A DNA stretch of 64,000 nucleotides from Candidatus Buchananbacteria bacterium (GCA_041664165.1 JBAYLH010000001.1:9469-73468); one strand, 5' to 3'; counted from the first letter of the stretch, positions 1-9,814 are shown. Program-made: numbers and translations. The notes: generated by a model not told the origin, from the letters alone.

Positions 1-595
1 TTTCGCCTTTATCGCGATAAAAATTACCCAGTACTACCATTAATTCGCCGCTGGTAGGATTATTTTTTATGCCATCCAATAAAATCTCTTCCGCTTTTTT
101 ATCATCTTTTAAATAATAAAGGTAAAATTCGGCAAAACTTCGGTAAAATCTGAGATTTTTTTCTTCTCCCATTGAATTGGCAATCGCCGTTTGATAAGCC
201 GGTATGGCCTGGTTGTAATCTTTCAAAAAATTAGCGTACAAATCGGCTAAGTTGCCAAACGAAGTGCTGTTTTTTGGCTGCAGCTCACCGGCTTTGACCC
301 AAGCCAACTCCGCACCATCGTAATCACCGATATATTTTTTTATCATTCCCAAATTGAGCATGGCATAAAAATCATTGGGATCATTAGCCAAAGCTTCTTT
401 GGTTAAGTTAAAATCATTCAAATACTTATCTTTTTCTTCAGGCAATAAATCGTTTCGCATCACTTTAAAATTAAACAGCCCATTGTCGACAGCCGGCTGG
501 CTTTGGCCTTTTGGCCAAAAATAATAAGCCATCGCGCCGATAATTATAACTAAAATAATCACCCAAACAATTGATTTTACTTTTTTTGAATTCAT
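1..595 (-). CDS. TPR-repeat protein with N-terminal membrane anchor (partial; C-terminus lies beyond the window start)
   Basis: Minus-strand ATG at 595 gives MNSKKVKSIVWVIILVIIIGAMAYY, followed by repeated TPR-like helices (AYQTAIANSMGEEKNLRFYRSFAEFYLYY). Open to position 1. Confidence 0.5.
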   Translation of the reverse strand, partial: MNSKKVKSIVWVIILVIIIGAMAYYFWPKGQSQPAVDNGLFNFKVMRNDLLPEEKDKYLNDFNLTKEALANDPNDFYAMLNLGMIKKYIGDYDGAELAWVKAGELQPKNSTSFGNLADLYANFLKDYNQAIPAYQTAIANSMGEEKNLRFYRSFAEFYLYYLKDDKKAEEILLDGIKNNPTSGELMVVLGNFYRDKGE

Positions 596-600
596 AGATT

Positions 601-2310
601 TTAATTTAGAATTAATTTATAAATTTTAAAGGCTAATTGGTTATTTTTATTATTGACTGAATTCAAGCTGGCATTATTATTTTTGAATATGCTTTCCAAT
701 TTACTGGCGGCGGCTTGGTTAGCCGGCTCTAACCGGCCGGGATCAAAAACCAAATTATTGGCTCCCCTGATATAATAAAGATTTTTTACCCCGTAATTTT
801 TAAAAAATTCAAACCAGTTGGTATTAGGTATGGCTAAAGATAAATCGGCGGCCGAAACGAAATTAACGCCATAATAAACTGAAAACTGCCGAAAATACCA
901 AAGCGCGGAAAACCAATTCAGATTAGGGTCGTAGACAAAAAAATCTTTTCCCTGCAAATCCTTGGAAACATCAACTTTTAAGTCATCCAGACTGGCAATA
1001 GATTTGCGGCTTAAAGTATCCGGCTTGATAATTTTTCCCAAATAATCATTGAGCTGATTGAATCCCCCGTTTTCCCAGCGGCTGACCGAATAATATTTCC
1101 CGGCTTCGCCCAAGGGCTGGCTAAAAATATTGGTGTTTAGGCTGTAAAATATTTCAAAACCAAAAACGACGGCTAAAAACAAAAAATAAAATCCCTTTTT
1201 AAAAATTTCCAACGATCCGACCTGGTTGCCATTGATCAGCTCAAATGACTTGATCAATCCCAAGGCCAGAACTAAGGCGAAAAACGGATTAAGCAATGAA
1301 ACAAATCTGGCACTTGAGCCGATTAGGGAAAATTCGAGGCTGGCGAAAAGGATAACTAAGACTAAAAACAAATCCTTGGGTTCTTTATACCTGCTGACAA
1401 AATTAACCACCAAATAAAGAATCGAAGCAACAATTAAAATATAAATCGGCAAAGAATAATAACCGCTGAACTGCTGCCAAAAATCAAAAAATTGCTGCAA
1501 ATAATTGCCCGAACCGCCGCTCATGCCGGCCAGACCCGGCCAATCAGACATTTTCTGGCCAAGCAAAGTGGCAAACTGCAAATCAAAATGGCCGCGAGCC
1601 TGAAAAACTTTCAGGTTATAAAAAATTACCGGGGAAAAAATTAAAACCGCAATCGCAATGCTGGAGACAAAATATTTGCTGGCCAAAATTTTTCTTTGAG
1701 TCAAAAGCAGATAAAAAAATAGGACGGGAATCAGGAAAAAAACCGTGTACTTGGTTAATAAAGTCAGACCCAAAGAAATTCCGAACAAAATAAATTTTTT
1801 ATGGTCAACTAAACTGACAAAAAATAAATAGCCGGTCAATAAAATAAAAAATAAGGCAATCGGCTCCAAATAGCCGACCCGGCTGGCCCAGATATGATAG
1901 CTGAAAACGGTTAAAATCAAGCTGGAAATCCAGGCGACTTTTTGATTGTAAATTTGCCGCGCTAACAAATAAAGTAGGACAACCGAACCTAAACCGGCTA
2001 AAGCAAACGGCAATCGAGCCGTAAAAACCGATACCCCAAACAGGCTAAAAAATAAATGCTGGATAATAAAAACCAAAGGCGGCGCATCGTGAAAAGAAAG
2101 TTTTGACCACCAAGGAATCGTACCAAACCACTGAATCGGCGTTGTTTGCAGTTGCGAATCAGTATAATCCAAATAGCCGACCGCCCGAAAAGAATAAATG
2201 GCGTCATCATGCTGGATGTCGGCGCGGTTCAGGCCAAAAAATAACAGCCAAGCGGCCAAAACCACTATTGCCGGCAAAAAATATTTTGTTTTTTTAGTAA
2301 AAAAGCTCAT
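601..2310 (-). CDS. GT39-family (PMT/ArnT-like) integral membrane glycosyltransferase
   Basis: 569 aa with more than 10 predicted TM helices and a PMT_2/ArnT-like N-terminal loop architecture. Lies directly downstream of the giant Ser/Thr-rich secreted protein. Confidence 0.5.
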   Translation of the reverse strand: MSFFTKKTKYFLPAIVVLAAWLLFFGLNRADIQHDDAIYSFRAVGYLDYTDSQLQTTPIQWFGTIPWWSKLSFHDAPPLVFIIQHLFFSLFGVSVFTARLPFALAGLGSVVLLYLLARQIYNQKVAWISSLILTVFSYHIWASRVGYLEPIALFFILLTGYLFFVSLVDHKKFILFGISLGLTLLTKYTVFFLIPVLFFYLLLTQRKILASKYFVSSIAIAVLIFSPVIFYNLKVFQARGHFDLQFATLLGQKMSDWPGLAGMSGGSGNYLQQFFDFWQQFSGYYSLPIYILIVASILYLVVNFVSRYKEPKDLFLVLVILFASLEFSLIGSSARFVSLLNPFFALVLALGLIKSFELINGNQVGSLEIFKKGFYFLFLAVVFGFEIFYSLNTNIFSQPLGEAGKYYSVSRWENGGFNQLNDYLGKIIKPDTLSRKSIASLDDLKVDVSKDLQGKDFFVYDPNLNWFSALWYFRQFSVYYGVNFVSAADLSLAIPNTNWFEFFKNYGVKNLYYIRGANNLVFDPGRLEPANQAAASKLESIFKNNNASLNSVNNKNNQLAFKIYKLILN

Positions 2311-2425
2311 AGATTATTTATTTGAGCTAGTTTAATTTTAACAAAAAAAGTCATTTTTAGCAAGCGCTAAAAGTCCCCGCTTTTGGCAGGGACTTTTAGT
2401 TTTATGTGATCTTCAACTATTCCTA

Positions 2426-5400
2426 TTACTTACTGAAAGTAACCGCAGTTGAAGTAGCGTCAAGTTTGCTGGAAGCACCCTTGGCGACAACGTAGCCATT
2501 CATCCATTGTTCAGTACTGGAAGCAGTGGTGGATGAATTCTTTTGAACTGAGGTTCTCCAGTAATCCGTCCAGATAAAGCTGCTACCAAAGTAGTCAACC
2601 GCTAAACCGGTAAGCGCACTTTGATCAACCGTACCGCTGAATATGGTACCAATTGGAGCCGGATAAGCTGCAGGTAAGTTAGAATCACCTAATAACATGA
2701 TACTAACTGAACCACCGGTCGGATTTGAGGAAGCCGCACAGTTAACCGTGTTACAAACTAAATCACCTTTTAAGGTTAAGTAGTTTGAAGTTCCGGCGCC
2801 AATTTGTAAGGCTTGGAACTTGGTCGAATCGGTCGCACTGATGGCTGAACCATCGCTGGTCAAAGGAATGACAATGACTGAATCGCAGGTAGAACCGGCA
2901 TCGCAGGCAGCCGGAGCTGACCAGTCAACGCCGACATAGCTTAGCGAATCGTTTGTACCAAGCAAAGTGCCGTTTTGATCATACAATTTCCAGTTGGTGG
3001 TAGTAGCCGTACTGGTGGCGAAGGCAAAGGTAACTTGACCAATACCAATCGGGCCGGCCGAATCGGCACTGACTTTGAGCCGATATAATGGCGCGCCTGT
3101 TTGGTTAGTTAAGGTACCGCCCGCAACCTTGGAATTATCACCGCTGGTCGGCAATTCTTCGTTCGGGACAACGGTCGGAACGCTTCTGAATAAATACTGG
3201 TTCTTAGTAGTCGAACCGGTAATGGTAATAGAAGTAATCGTACCGCCTGATTGAGCGCCTTTGGCGGTAATATCACCAGCGGCGTTAATCTTTAATGACA
3301 AACCCTGGCCGGAAGCACCGCGTGAACCGATTTCGTAGTCGGAACCGGCGGTATCAACTTTAACCGTCAATAAGATACTGTTGTCTTTAGGAACAACAAT
3401 CGGACTGCCGGTAACGTCAATTAAGACGGTATCGCCAGTGCTGTCGGTTGAAGTTGGGGTTACTTCGGCTAGTTTGGTACTGCCGTTGTAAAGATAAACT
3501 TTGCTAACCTGGTCTAAACCACCGCTATTAAGGGCAGTTGAGGTCAGATAAAGTTTCTCAATTTTGACATCTTCATATTTAGCAAAAGCGCTGAATATGC
3601 CGAAAGTCAAACCGCTGGTGGAAGCCGGCATCAAACCTTCTTTAGGCGAAGTACTGTCTAAAGAAATGGTTAATTGACCGAGGTCAGTAAAGGTCATACC
3701 TTGACCATTACTCGGGCTGACAACAACAGTGGCTGTCAAATTGGTGGTACCACCTTTGGCCGTAACGTCTTCAGCACCGGTAATGGAAGCCATACCGACT
3801 TGCATTGTGCCGTTAGTCGCTGCGGTACTGATATCGCCTTTAACCGTTAAAGTCTTGCTTGTACCTTTGGTAATAACTAAAGGTGTTGAAAGCATCCAGG
3901 TAGCGGTGGCTTCATCATTATCAGTTGTTTTAGCCGCGGTATCGGAATCTGGATCATTGGTGGTAGCTAATTCAGTCGCACCGTCAAATAAACTCCAGTT
4001 AGATACTTCGGCCGGGTTGCAAGTGCTGTCGCAAGTAACCGCAGCCATGACTTTGGTAACTTTAACGTCTTCACCGCTGCCTTCCGCGCCCAAGATTAAA
4101 TTGGCGAAGGTAACAGCTTTAGAGCCGGCAACAATACTTTGGGCAATTGGTGAAGGTGAAGTTGAAAGCGACAATTGAGCTGATTTTATCGTCATGGTCG
4201 CTGAGCTCTGGGAACTGGCCGGGGTTGGAGTAACAGCTAAACCAGTGGTTGAGCCTTTGGCGGTTAAACCATTAGGGGTAATGCTGGCGACAATGGTGTC
4301 ATCAGCTTCCCAATCAGCGCTTAAGTCACCTTTAATGGTGTAGTAGTGCAAACCAACTGGAACCGTGATGGTGTCAGTTGAGGTTACACCGACAATATAG
4401 GTTCTGGTTGAATAACCAGCGCTATAAACAGTGTCATCAGGACCGGCAACAATACTGCCGTTTTCATCATAAACCGCAATATTGGTTAAGTCAGCTTCGG
4501 TAACGTTACCGACAGTACTGGCCGAAGAGGTAGTAATGGTAAAGACAATCGGCAATGAGGTGATTTCAGTTTCTTCACCCTTGGCCTCAAATTCGAATTT
4601 ACCTAAAACTGCCTGGTCTGAATCAGTCGCAACATTAGCGGCTGATAAAGTGGCCGGGCCGATTCTCAATGAACCGCGGTCAACGCTAGTAACCGGAGCG
4701 GTCCAGAATGGTTCGGCGTCGGCAGTGGCACCGTTGCCACCATCGGCGAGTTTAACGGCATAGCCATAAAGTTGGCCCATGCTGACGATATCGGATTCAT
4801 CGTTGACATCAAAGCGGATAGTTCTGGCTGAACCGCTGACAATGTCCAGTCTTAAATCAAACTGAACGGTTTTGCCTTTGGCAACCAAAATTGGGCTGGC
4901 GGATAAGTCAAAAGTGACCATCCCGCCGGTTACGGCCGCTACGGTGGCGACTTTGGCGTCATCAACTAATAAGCTTAAGTTGGCAACGTCGGCATCAGAA
5001 GCGGTTCCGCCTTGTTTAAAGCTAATTTGGCTAACTTTAAAGTCTTCAACGGAACTGGCAACTAATTTAAAGCCGGAAACGATGTAATTTGTCGTACCAA
5101 TCTTTTGCGTACTGGCCGACGGGTTGTTAGCGCCATCCGATAAGCTCAAAGCGCCAATCGTGATGGTACCATTGATATTTTGGTAATTACCGACAATCGG
5201 CAAAGTGCCAACAATGGCGGCAGTACCAACCAAGGTAACGGCTGATAAATTCAATGATGGAATTTCACCGGCGTAGGAAGCAGTGGCTCCCATGTTACCA
5301 GCTAAGTAAATTGACTTAGTGGTACCGGCGGCAACCGTGATGTTTTGGTTAAACACCGCTTGGTGTGACGAATTCAAGGTTTTGGTGTTGCCGATTCTGA

Positions 5401-6196
5401 CACCAGTCGCGGCATCAATTAAAGCGATGCTGCTGAATGGCGAATCGGAAGCAACCGTTCCACCTCGGGTAACTGTCAATGAATCAATTACGATATCACC
5501 GTCAGCTGAGGCGGTTAAGTTTACTTTGGTGAATTTGTTGTTAATTGAATTACCAACAACAATACCACTGGCTGGAGTATCTGAGGCTAAAGCCACAGTT
5601 AAACTAGTACCAGTAGCAACCGGACCACCAGTCAAATTCTTATCGTCATTGATTGTGGCGGCTTCGCTGGTTTCAGTGGCTTTGTTGTAGTCACTGGCAA
5701 CAGTGATGTCAGCGCCGACTTTGTAGTTAACAAAGAAAGCATCTGAGACATCTTCAACGGATGTTCTAGCCCAGTTGACACCATAGAGGGCTTCAGCTAT
5801 TGCAGCTGTGGTAACCCATCTTAAGGTACCGTTAGCGGAAACAGCGTAAACTTTTGGATCGGTTGTAATTTTGACTAATTTAACACCCGGTCGGTAGGTA
5901 ACATTACCACCAATGGCATAAGAACTCATCTCGGTTAAAGAAACAATCTTCACGCCGGAAAAGTCTGAGTACCAAGTCATATAAGTTTTCTCATTTGGGA
6001 AAACATATCTTTTGGCATCAGCACCAAGGTAATAAACAGCTTTACATGGGTCATTGACGCCGGCTCCAGCAGCACACTGAAGCTTAATCAAATCACCAGA
6101 AGTAGCTGCACCTACGGCCAACGGCATTGAAAACAAGCCAACTGACCAAACGATTGTCGTTATGGCAATTGTGTAGGTTAATAATTTCTTAATCAT
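2426..6196 (-). CDS. Giant (about 1,256 aa) secreted Thr/Ser/Ala/Gly/Val-rich surface protein (adhesin or S-layer-like) with repeated Ig-like beta-rich segments
   Basis: Track ORF 2426..6226. The internal ATG at 6196 (MIKKLLTYTIAITTIVWSVGLFSMPLAVGAA) gives a canonical signal peptide and has an upstream GGAAA ribosome-binding site. Composition is low-complexity and Cys-poor. Confidence 0.6.
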   Translation of the reverse strand: MIKKLLTYTIAITTIVWSVGLFSMPLAVGAATSGDLIKLQCAAGAGVNDPCKAVYYLGADAKRYVFPNEKTYMTWYSDFSGVKIVSLTEMSSYAIGGNVTYRPGVKLVKITTDPKVYAVSANGTLRWVTTAAIAEALYGVNWARTSVEDVSDAFFVNYKVGADITVASDYNKATETSEAATINDDKNLTGGPVATGTSLTVALASDTPASGIVVGNSINNKFTKVNLTASADGDIVIDSLTVTRGGTVASDSPFSSIALIDAATGVRIGNTKTLNSSHQAVFNQNITVAAGTTKSIYLAGNMGATASYAGEIPSLNLSAVTLVGTAAIVGTLPIVGNYQNINGTITIGALSLSDGANNPSASTQKIGTTNYIVSGFKLVASSVEDFKVSQISFKQGGTASDADVANLSLLVDDAKVATVAAVTGGMVTFDLSASPILVAKGKTVQFDLRLDIVSGSARTIRFDVNDESDIVSMGQLYGYAVKLADGGNGATADAEPFWTAPVTSVDRGSLRIGPATLSAANVATDSDQAVLGKFEFEAKGEETEITSLPIVFTITTSSASTVGNVTEADLTNIAVYDENGSIVAGPDDTVYSAGYSTRTYIVGVTSTDTITVPVGLHYYTIKGDLSADWEADDTIVASITPNGLTAKGSTTGLAVTPTPASSQSSATMTIKSAQLSLSTSPSPIAQSIVAGSKAVTFANLILGAEGSGEDVKVTKVMAAVTCDSTCNPAEVSNWSLFDGATELATTNDPDSDTAAKTTDNDEATATWMLSTPLVITKGTSKTLTVKGDISTAATNGTMQVGMASITGAEDVTAKGGTTNLTATVVVSPSNGQGMTFTDLGQLTISLDSTSPKEGLMPASTSGLTFGIFSAFAKYEDVKIEKLYLTSTALNSGGLDQVSKVYLYNGSTKLAEVTPTSTDSTGDTVLIDVTGSPIVVPKDNSILLTVKVDTAGSDYEIGSRGASGQGLSLKINAAGDITAKGAQSGGTITSITITGSTTKNQYLFRSVPTVVPNEELPTSGDNSKVAGGTLTNQTGAPLYRLKVSADSAGPIGIGQVTFAFATSTATTTNWKLYDQNGTLLGTNDSLSYVGVDWSAPAACDAGSTCDSVIVIPLTSDGSAISATDSTKFQALQIGAGTSNYLTLKGDLVCNTVNCAASSNPTGGSVSIMLLGDSNLPAAYPAPIGTIFSGTVDQSALTGLAVDYFGSSFIWTDYWRTSVQKNSSTTASSTEQWMNGYVVAKGASSKLDATSTAVTFSK

Positions 6197-6382
6197 TTTT
6201 AATTTTTCCTTTCTTAAACTCATCAAACTTTTTAGTTAGGCTTTCTGATCTTGTTACGCCTAGGCGAACCTAACAACATCTTCGGAGCCGCTTTTAAACG
6301 GCCGACTAAACCCTTGCAGCCTTATTTGCTTAAAATTCCTGATTAGCCAGGACCGACCTTTATTTTGAGCAACTAAGGGGGT

Positions 6383-6408
6383 TTAGACCCTAATTCCTCT
6401 AAAAAGTT
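6383..6408 (-). promoter_or_regulatory. Candidate ECF-sigma-type promoter (AACTT-N16-TCTAA) in the leader of the giant surface protein gene
   Basis: Minus strand reads ttAACTTtttagaggaattagggTCTAAac, about 190 nt upstream of the 6196 start and just downstream of the anti-sigma stop. It resembles the GGAACTT-N16-TCTRA class. Confidence 0.25.
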
Positions 6409-6476
6409 AACAAGTTTTAATACCCAACTGATTTATATCTAAACTGGTTGGGGGCAAAAAAACTTAATTAATTAAT

Positions 6477-7361
6477 CTATTTATTAATATCGCTAGTTGA
6501 TTCTGATTGATCAGCCGGTAAGCCAGCGCCATCTTGAGCCTGATCGGCTGGCGGCAAACTGGCGTCCGAATCGTTAGTTACTCCTTTAACCGTACCTTCG
6601 TCGGCCTTGTCCGCTTCTTCATTCACGGTTTGAGCCAGCTGCTGAGCGGAAAGACTGGTGTCTTGAACGCTTTGAACCGCCTGGCTGACGATATCTTTAA
6701 CCTCGACATTATCGGCCGCGGAAATCTTTTCCACTTTGGTATCTAATGATTTAACTAACTCCTGGGCTTTTGAACTTAGAGTCAGCGCCATTTTAACTGT
6801 CCGTTCTTTGTCTTCCATATTAACATTGCTGTCTGACTGCTTCATTGATTGATTCATTTTGCTGATATGATTATTAACATCGGTAACATTATTTTTAAGT
6901 TCAGCGACTAAAGTTTCAATCTGCCTTTTCTTTTCTTGAGGATTAACACCGGGCTCGTCAATTATCTTGTCCAATTCTGCCACCCGTTTTTGGGCAAATT
7001 CAATTTTTAATTCCGCCCGCTGGTTGGCATCGGTAACTAAAGCGGCATGGGTATTTTCCAAGGCAATTTTAACCGGATAAAGCGAACTGCCGGGCAGACT
7101 GTAAAAAGCCGCATTGATCGTCAAGCTGCTGCCCAAAAAAACCACCATCATCAAAATCATCACCACCACCGGCTCGACTAAATTCTGGCGAAAAATCTGG
7201 GCGACTAAATTAAAGTAATCGCCGATTCCCAGTTTCACTCTTTCCGGCTGGCTGGCAGAAATTTCTTTTAACAAAACATCCCTCGTCAGAGCTTTCCACT
7301 CCGGACGGGGGCAAATTTCTTTTCTTAAATTTTTGATTTCTTTAATTAAACTGTTTTCCAT
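6477..7361 (-). CDS. Putative single-pass membrane anti-sigma factor
   Basis: 294 aa with a cytoplasmic N-terminus, one TM (VVVMILMMVVFLGSSLTI) and a coiled-coil, acidic extracytoplasmic domain. It overlaps the ECF sigma gene stop by 20 nt. Confidence 0.4.
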   Translation of the reverse strand: MENSLIKEIKNLRKEICPRPEWKALTRDVLLKEISASQPERVKLGIGDYFNLVAQIFRQNLVEPVVVMILMMVVFLGSSLTINAAFYSLPGSSLYPVKIALENTHAALVTDANQRAELKIEFAQKRVAELDKIIDEPGVNPQEKKRQIETLVAELKNNVTDVNNHISKMNQSMKQSDSNVNMEDKERTVKMALTLSSKAQELVKSLDTKVEKISAADNVEVKDIVSQAVQSVQDTSLSAQQLAQTVNEEADKADEGTVKGVTNDSDASLPPADQAQDGAGLPADQSESTSDINK

Positions 7362-7914
7362 TTTTGCTTAATAATTCTCGGGTAACTTTTAAAGCGCGAT
7401 GCAAAATGACGCGAACGGAACCTTTTGATTTATCCAGCACGCCGGCGATTTCGGTAATCGACAAGTCTTCGACAAAGCGGAGAATAATCACTTCCCGATA
7501 TTCATCTTTAAGCTGGCGTAAAATTCCTTCGATGCTTTTAATTTCAAAGTGGCTGTCAATTTTGTTTAATAAGCTCTGCTGCCTTTCGTCTTTGACTGCC
7601 TCCAATACTTCTTGGTCTTGGACAAATTCTCTCTTGGCTTTTTGGCGGTAAGAATCAATCACTAAATTTCTGGCCGTTCGATACAGCAAAGCGCGGAGAT
7701 TACCGATCTCATCTTCAGTCTCCTTAATATATTGCCAAATTTTTAAAAAGGCTTCGGAAGTTAAGTCTTCCGCATCCTGACGGCTCGCCACCTTAAAATA
7801 AATAAATCTGTAGATAGGAGTTACGTACAGATCATAAATTTGGGCGAAAGCTTCAGGATCCTTGTTTTTCAATCTCAATAATAGCAGCTTTTCTGAAATT
7901 TTTGAAGGTTTCAT
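7342..7914 (-). CDS. ECF (sigma-70 family group 4) RNA polymerase sigma factor
   Basis: 190 aa with region 2 (AEDLTSEAFLKIWQ) and a region 4 helix-turn-helix (SITEIAGVLDKSKGSVRVILHRALKVTRELL). Confidence 0.75.
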   Translation of the reverse strand: MKPSKISEKLLLLRLKNKDPEAFAQIYDLYVTPIYRFIYFKVASRQDAEDLTSEAFLKIWQYIKETEDEIGNLRALLYRTARNLVIDSYRQKAKREFVQDQEVLEAVKDERQQSLLNKIDSHFEIKSIEGILRQLKDEYREVIILRFVEDLSITEIAGVLDKSKGSVRVILHRALKVTRELLSKNGKQFN

Positions 7915-8244
7915 TATATATGACGTGAAAGCTTAATAAATGTTACAGTCGTAGCATTTACTATAACTAATTAACTAAAATAAGTCAAACGCTAAAATTG
8001 GCTAATTTACTCATTAATCGCTCAATTATGTTGCTTATTTAATTTTTCTATATTATACTAAATATCGTGATTTGTCCAGGCTAATCTAGACAAATAACCA
8101 TACTTAAACCTGTTTATAACTTAAAACCTAATATTTCAATCAAATTAATTATTTTTCAAAAAATTTCGCCAATATTTCCTTTAACCTAACAAATACAAGT
8201 TAATCAAATACTGCCAAAACTAATCAAAATTAAACCATTCCAAT

Positions 8245-8520
8245 ATGCCAAATGTCATTCGATTATCAGTGTCTGAAGCTTCCCGAATTTTCGGGGTTGA
8301 CCAAAAAACTATCAGACGGGCAATCAAGGCCGACGAGTTGCGCTATATCGTTGTTTGCGGCCGCTATAAAATTAATTTTAGCAGTATTTTGGAATGGTCT
8401 CAAGGCAGGACTACCACCAAAAATAAGCTGGCAGCTAAAGGCATCGGCCAATATGTAGACAAATGGAAAATCAAAAATAAACTCTACTCCCCCAACCCGG
8501 CTTTAGCAGATAAAAAATAA
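8245..8520 (+). CDS. Small helix-turn-helix DNA-binding protein (excisionase/MerR-like HTH_17)
   Basis: 91 aa. SVSEASRIFGVDQKTIRRAIKADEL is a typical HTH. It is the only plus-strand gene in a minus-strand block, followed by GC hairpins and a terminator. Confidence 0.5.
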   Translation: MPNVIRLSVSEASRIFGVDQKTIRRAIKADELRYIVVCGRYKINFSSILEWSQGRTTTKNKLAAKGIGQYVDKWKIKNKLYSPNPALADKK

Positions 8521-8600
8521 GAGATCCCGCCTCCGCCAACCTGCGGCAGGGGCTTCGGCGGGCAGGCAGAAATCAGAGATCAGAAATTAGAAGCGGAAAA
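8521..8600. repeat. GC-rich hairpin segment plus CAGA-rich repeat (solo copy of the family that flanks the 4HB gene at 33.3 kb)
   Basis: Contains cccgcctccgccaacctgcggcaggggcttcggcgggcagg, then cagaaatcagagatcagaaattagaag. Confidence 0.4.
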
Positions 8601-8607
8601 GCCAAAA

Positions 8608-8640
8608 CGCAGAAGCTTATGCTCCTGCGTCTTTTTTTAT
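8608..8640 (+). terminator. Rho-independent terminator
   Basis: acgcag-aagcttatgctc-ctgcgt, then T7. Confidence 0.5.
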
Positions 8641-8653
8641 ATGAGAAAAATTT

Positions 8654-9814
8654 TTACGGCAAATTGCCCAAGGTAACAGTTTTAGTCAAGACTTTACCAG
8701 CTCGCAAAATTTCCAATTCCGTTTGTTCTCCCGGCCGATACTGCATAATCAAATCAGTTAAGCTGCTGGCTTTATCCAGTTGCTGACCATCAACGCTGGT
8801 GATAATATCGTTAGCTAAAATTCCCGCCATCGCTGCCGGACTGCCGGCTTTAGGATTTTGGTAAACTAGCGCTCCCTGATTTAGATTTTGCGTTACCGCC
8901 GGGTCTAAACCAAAAGTCCAAGCTAAGTCCAGATAATTAATCCCTAAAAACGGCCGCTTGATCGGATTATTCTTTAAAACATCCAAAACAATTGACCGAA
9001 ATTGATTTATCGGAATCGCCGCGGTAATTCCTTTTTCGGAGTCCACTTCTTTTACGACTCCAATGACTTCCCCGCCGAGATTTAAAACCGGACTGCCCAA
9101 ATAGCCATTGCCGAAATCACCGCTAAGCGAAATCAACTTTTGGTATTGCTCCGAAGAAATCAAAAAGTTATTTGCCGCCGCCAGCAAGCGATAATTATTA
9201 TTTTTAACATTGCCCACCGTTGCTTCAGTCGAATTATTAACCGCTAAAACCAGCTGGCCTAAAACCAACTCATCGGAATCACCCAAGGTAGCCACCGGCA
9301 GATTAGTCGCGGCAATTTTAATGAAAGAAACGCCGGTTGTCGCATCGCTGACTATTTTTTCGGCCGCAAATGTCTTGGCATTATAAACAACCGCCAATTG
9401 CTGGGGTTTTAGCCCGGCAAGATTTTTGGCATAGCTGACTAGCCAGCCGTCGCTGGTTAAAATAAAGCCATTAGCCTGAAGTTCTTTGACCAGATAAATT
9501 TGACTGAGCTGATTAGTCGAACCCGGCTTTTTCAGGTAGATGCCAACCAATGCCGAGGAAATTTTTTCTATTGTTTTGTTAACCTCAAAATCCTGCTGGA
9601 TGCCTAAAAATTTTTTCACCCGCTGAAGCTCCGGTACGACCGCGGCGGCGTCTTGATTAATATTAACGCTGCCGGCCGAATAGTCTTGCTGCCAAGGATT
9701 GATATAAACGTCCGAAAAAATCTGGCCGACCACCCCGGCGGCAAAACCAAAAATCATTGATAAAACGACAACCTGGGAAATAAACTGATTTTTTTGCTTT
9801 TTAAATAAATTCAT
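8654..9814 (-). CDS. HtrA/DegP-like trypsin-fold serine protease with C-terminal PDZ domain, membrane-anchored
   Basis: 386 aa with an N-terminal TM, a trypsin-like core and a C-terminal PDZ (GALVYQNPKAGSPAAMAGILANDIITSVDGQQL). The catalytic motif region is divergent. Confidence 0.55.
   Translation of the reverse strand: MNLFKKQKNQFISQVVVLSMIFGFAAGVVGQIFSDVYINPWQQDYSAGSVNINQDAAAVVPELQRVKKFLGIQQDFEVNKTIEKISSALVGIYLKKPGSTNQLSQIYLVKELQANGFILTSDGWLVSYAKNLAGLKPQQLAVVYNAKTFAAEKIVSDATTGVSFIKIAATNLPVATLGDSDELVLGQLVLAVNNSTEATVGNVKNNNYRLLAAANNFLISSEQYQKLISLSGDFGNGYLGSPVLNLGGEVIGVVKEVDSEKGITAAIPINQFRSIVLDVLKNNPIKRPFLGINYLDLAWTFGLDPAVTQNLNQGALVYQNPKAGSPAAMAGILANDIITSVDGQQLDKASSLTDLIMQYRPGEQTELEILRAGKVLTKTVTLGNLP

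Noticed and set aside
3729-5690. Plus-strand ORFs (3729..4178, 4482..4763, 4872..5087, 5319..5690) inside the giant surface protein gene
   Set aside because: They are antisense to a long, compositionally biased (Thr/Ser/Ala/Val) gene and have low-complexity Val/Ala/Pro-rich translations, which is typical of spurious frames.
8252-8458. ORFs 8252..8458(+) and 8266..8451(-) overlapping the HTH gene
   Set aside because: They are alternative frames of the same 280 bp. Only 8245..8520 has a recognisable helix-turn-helix.
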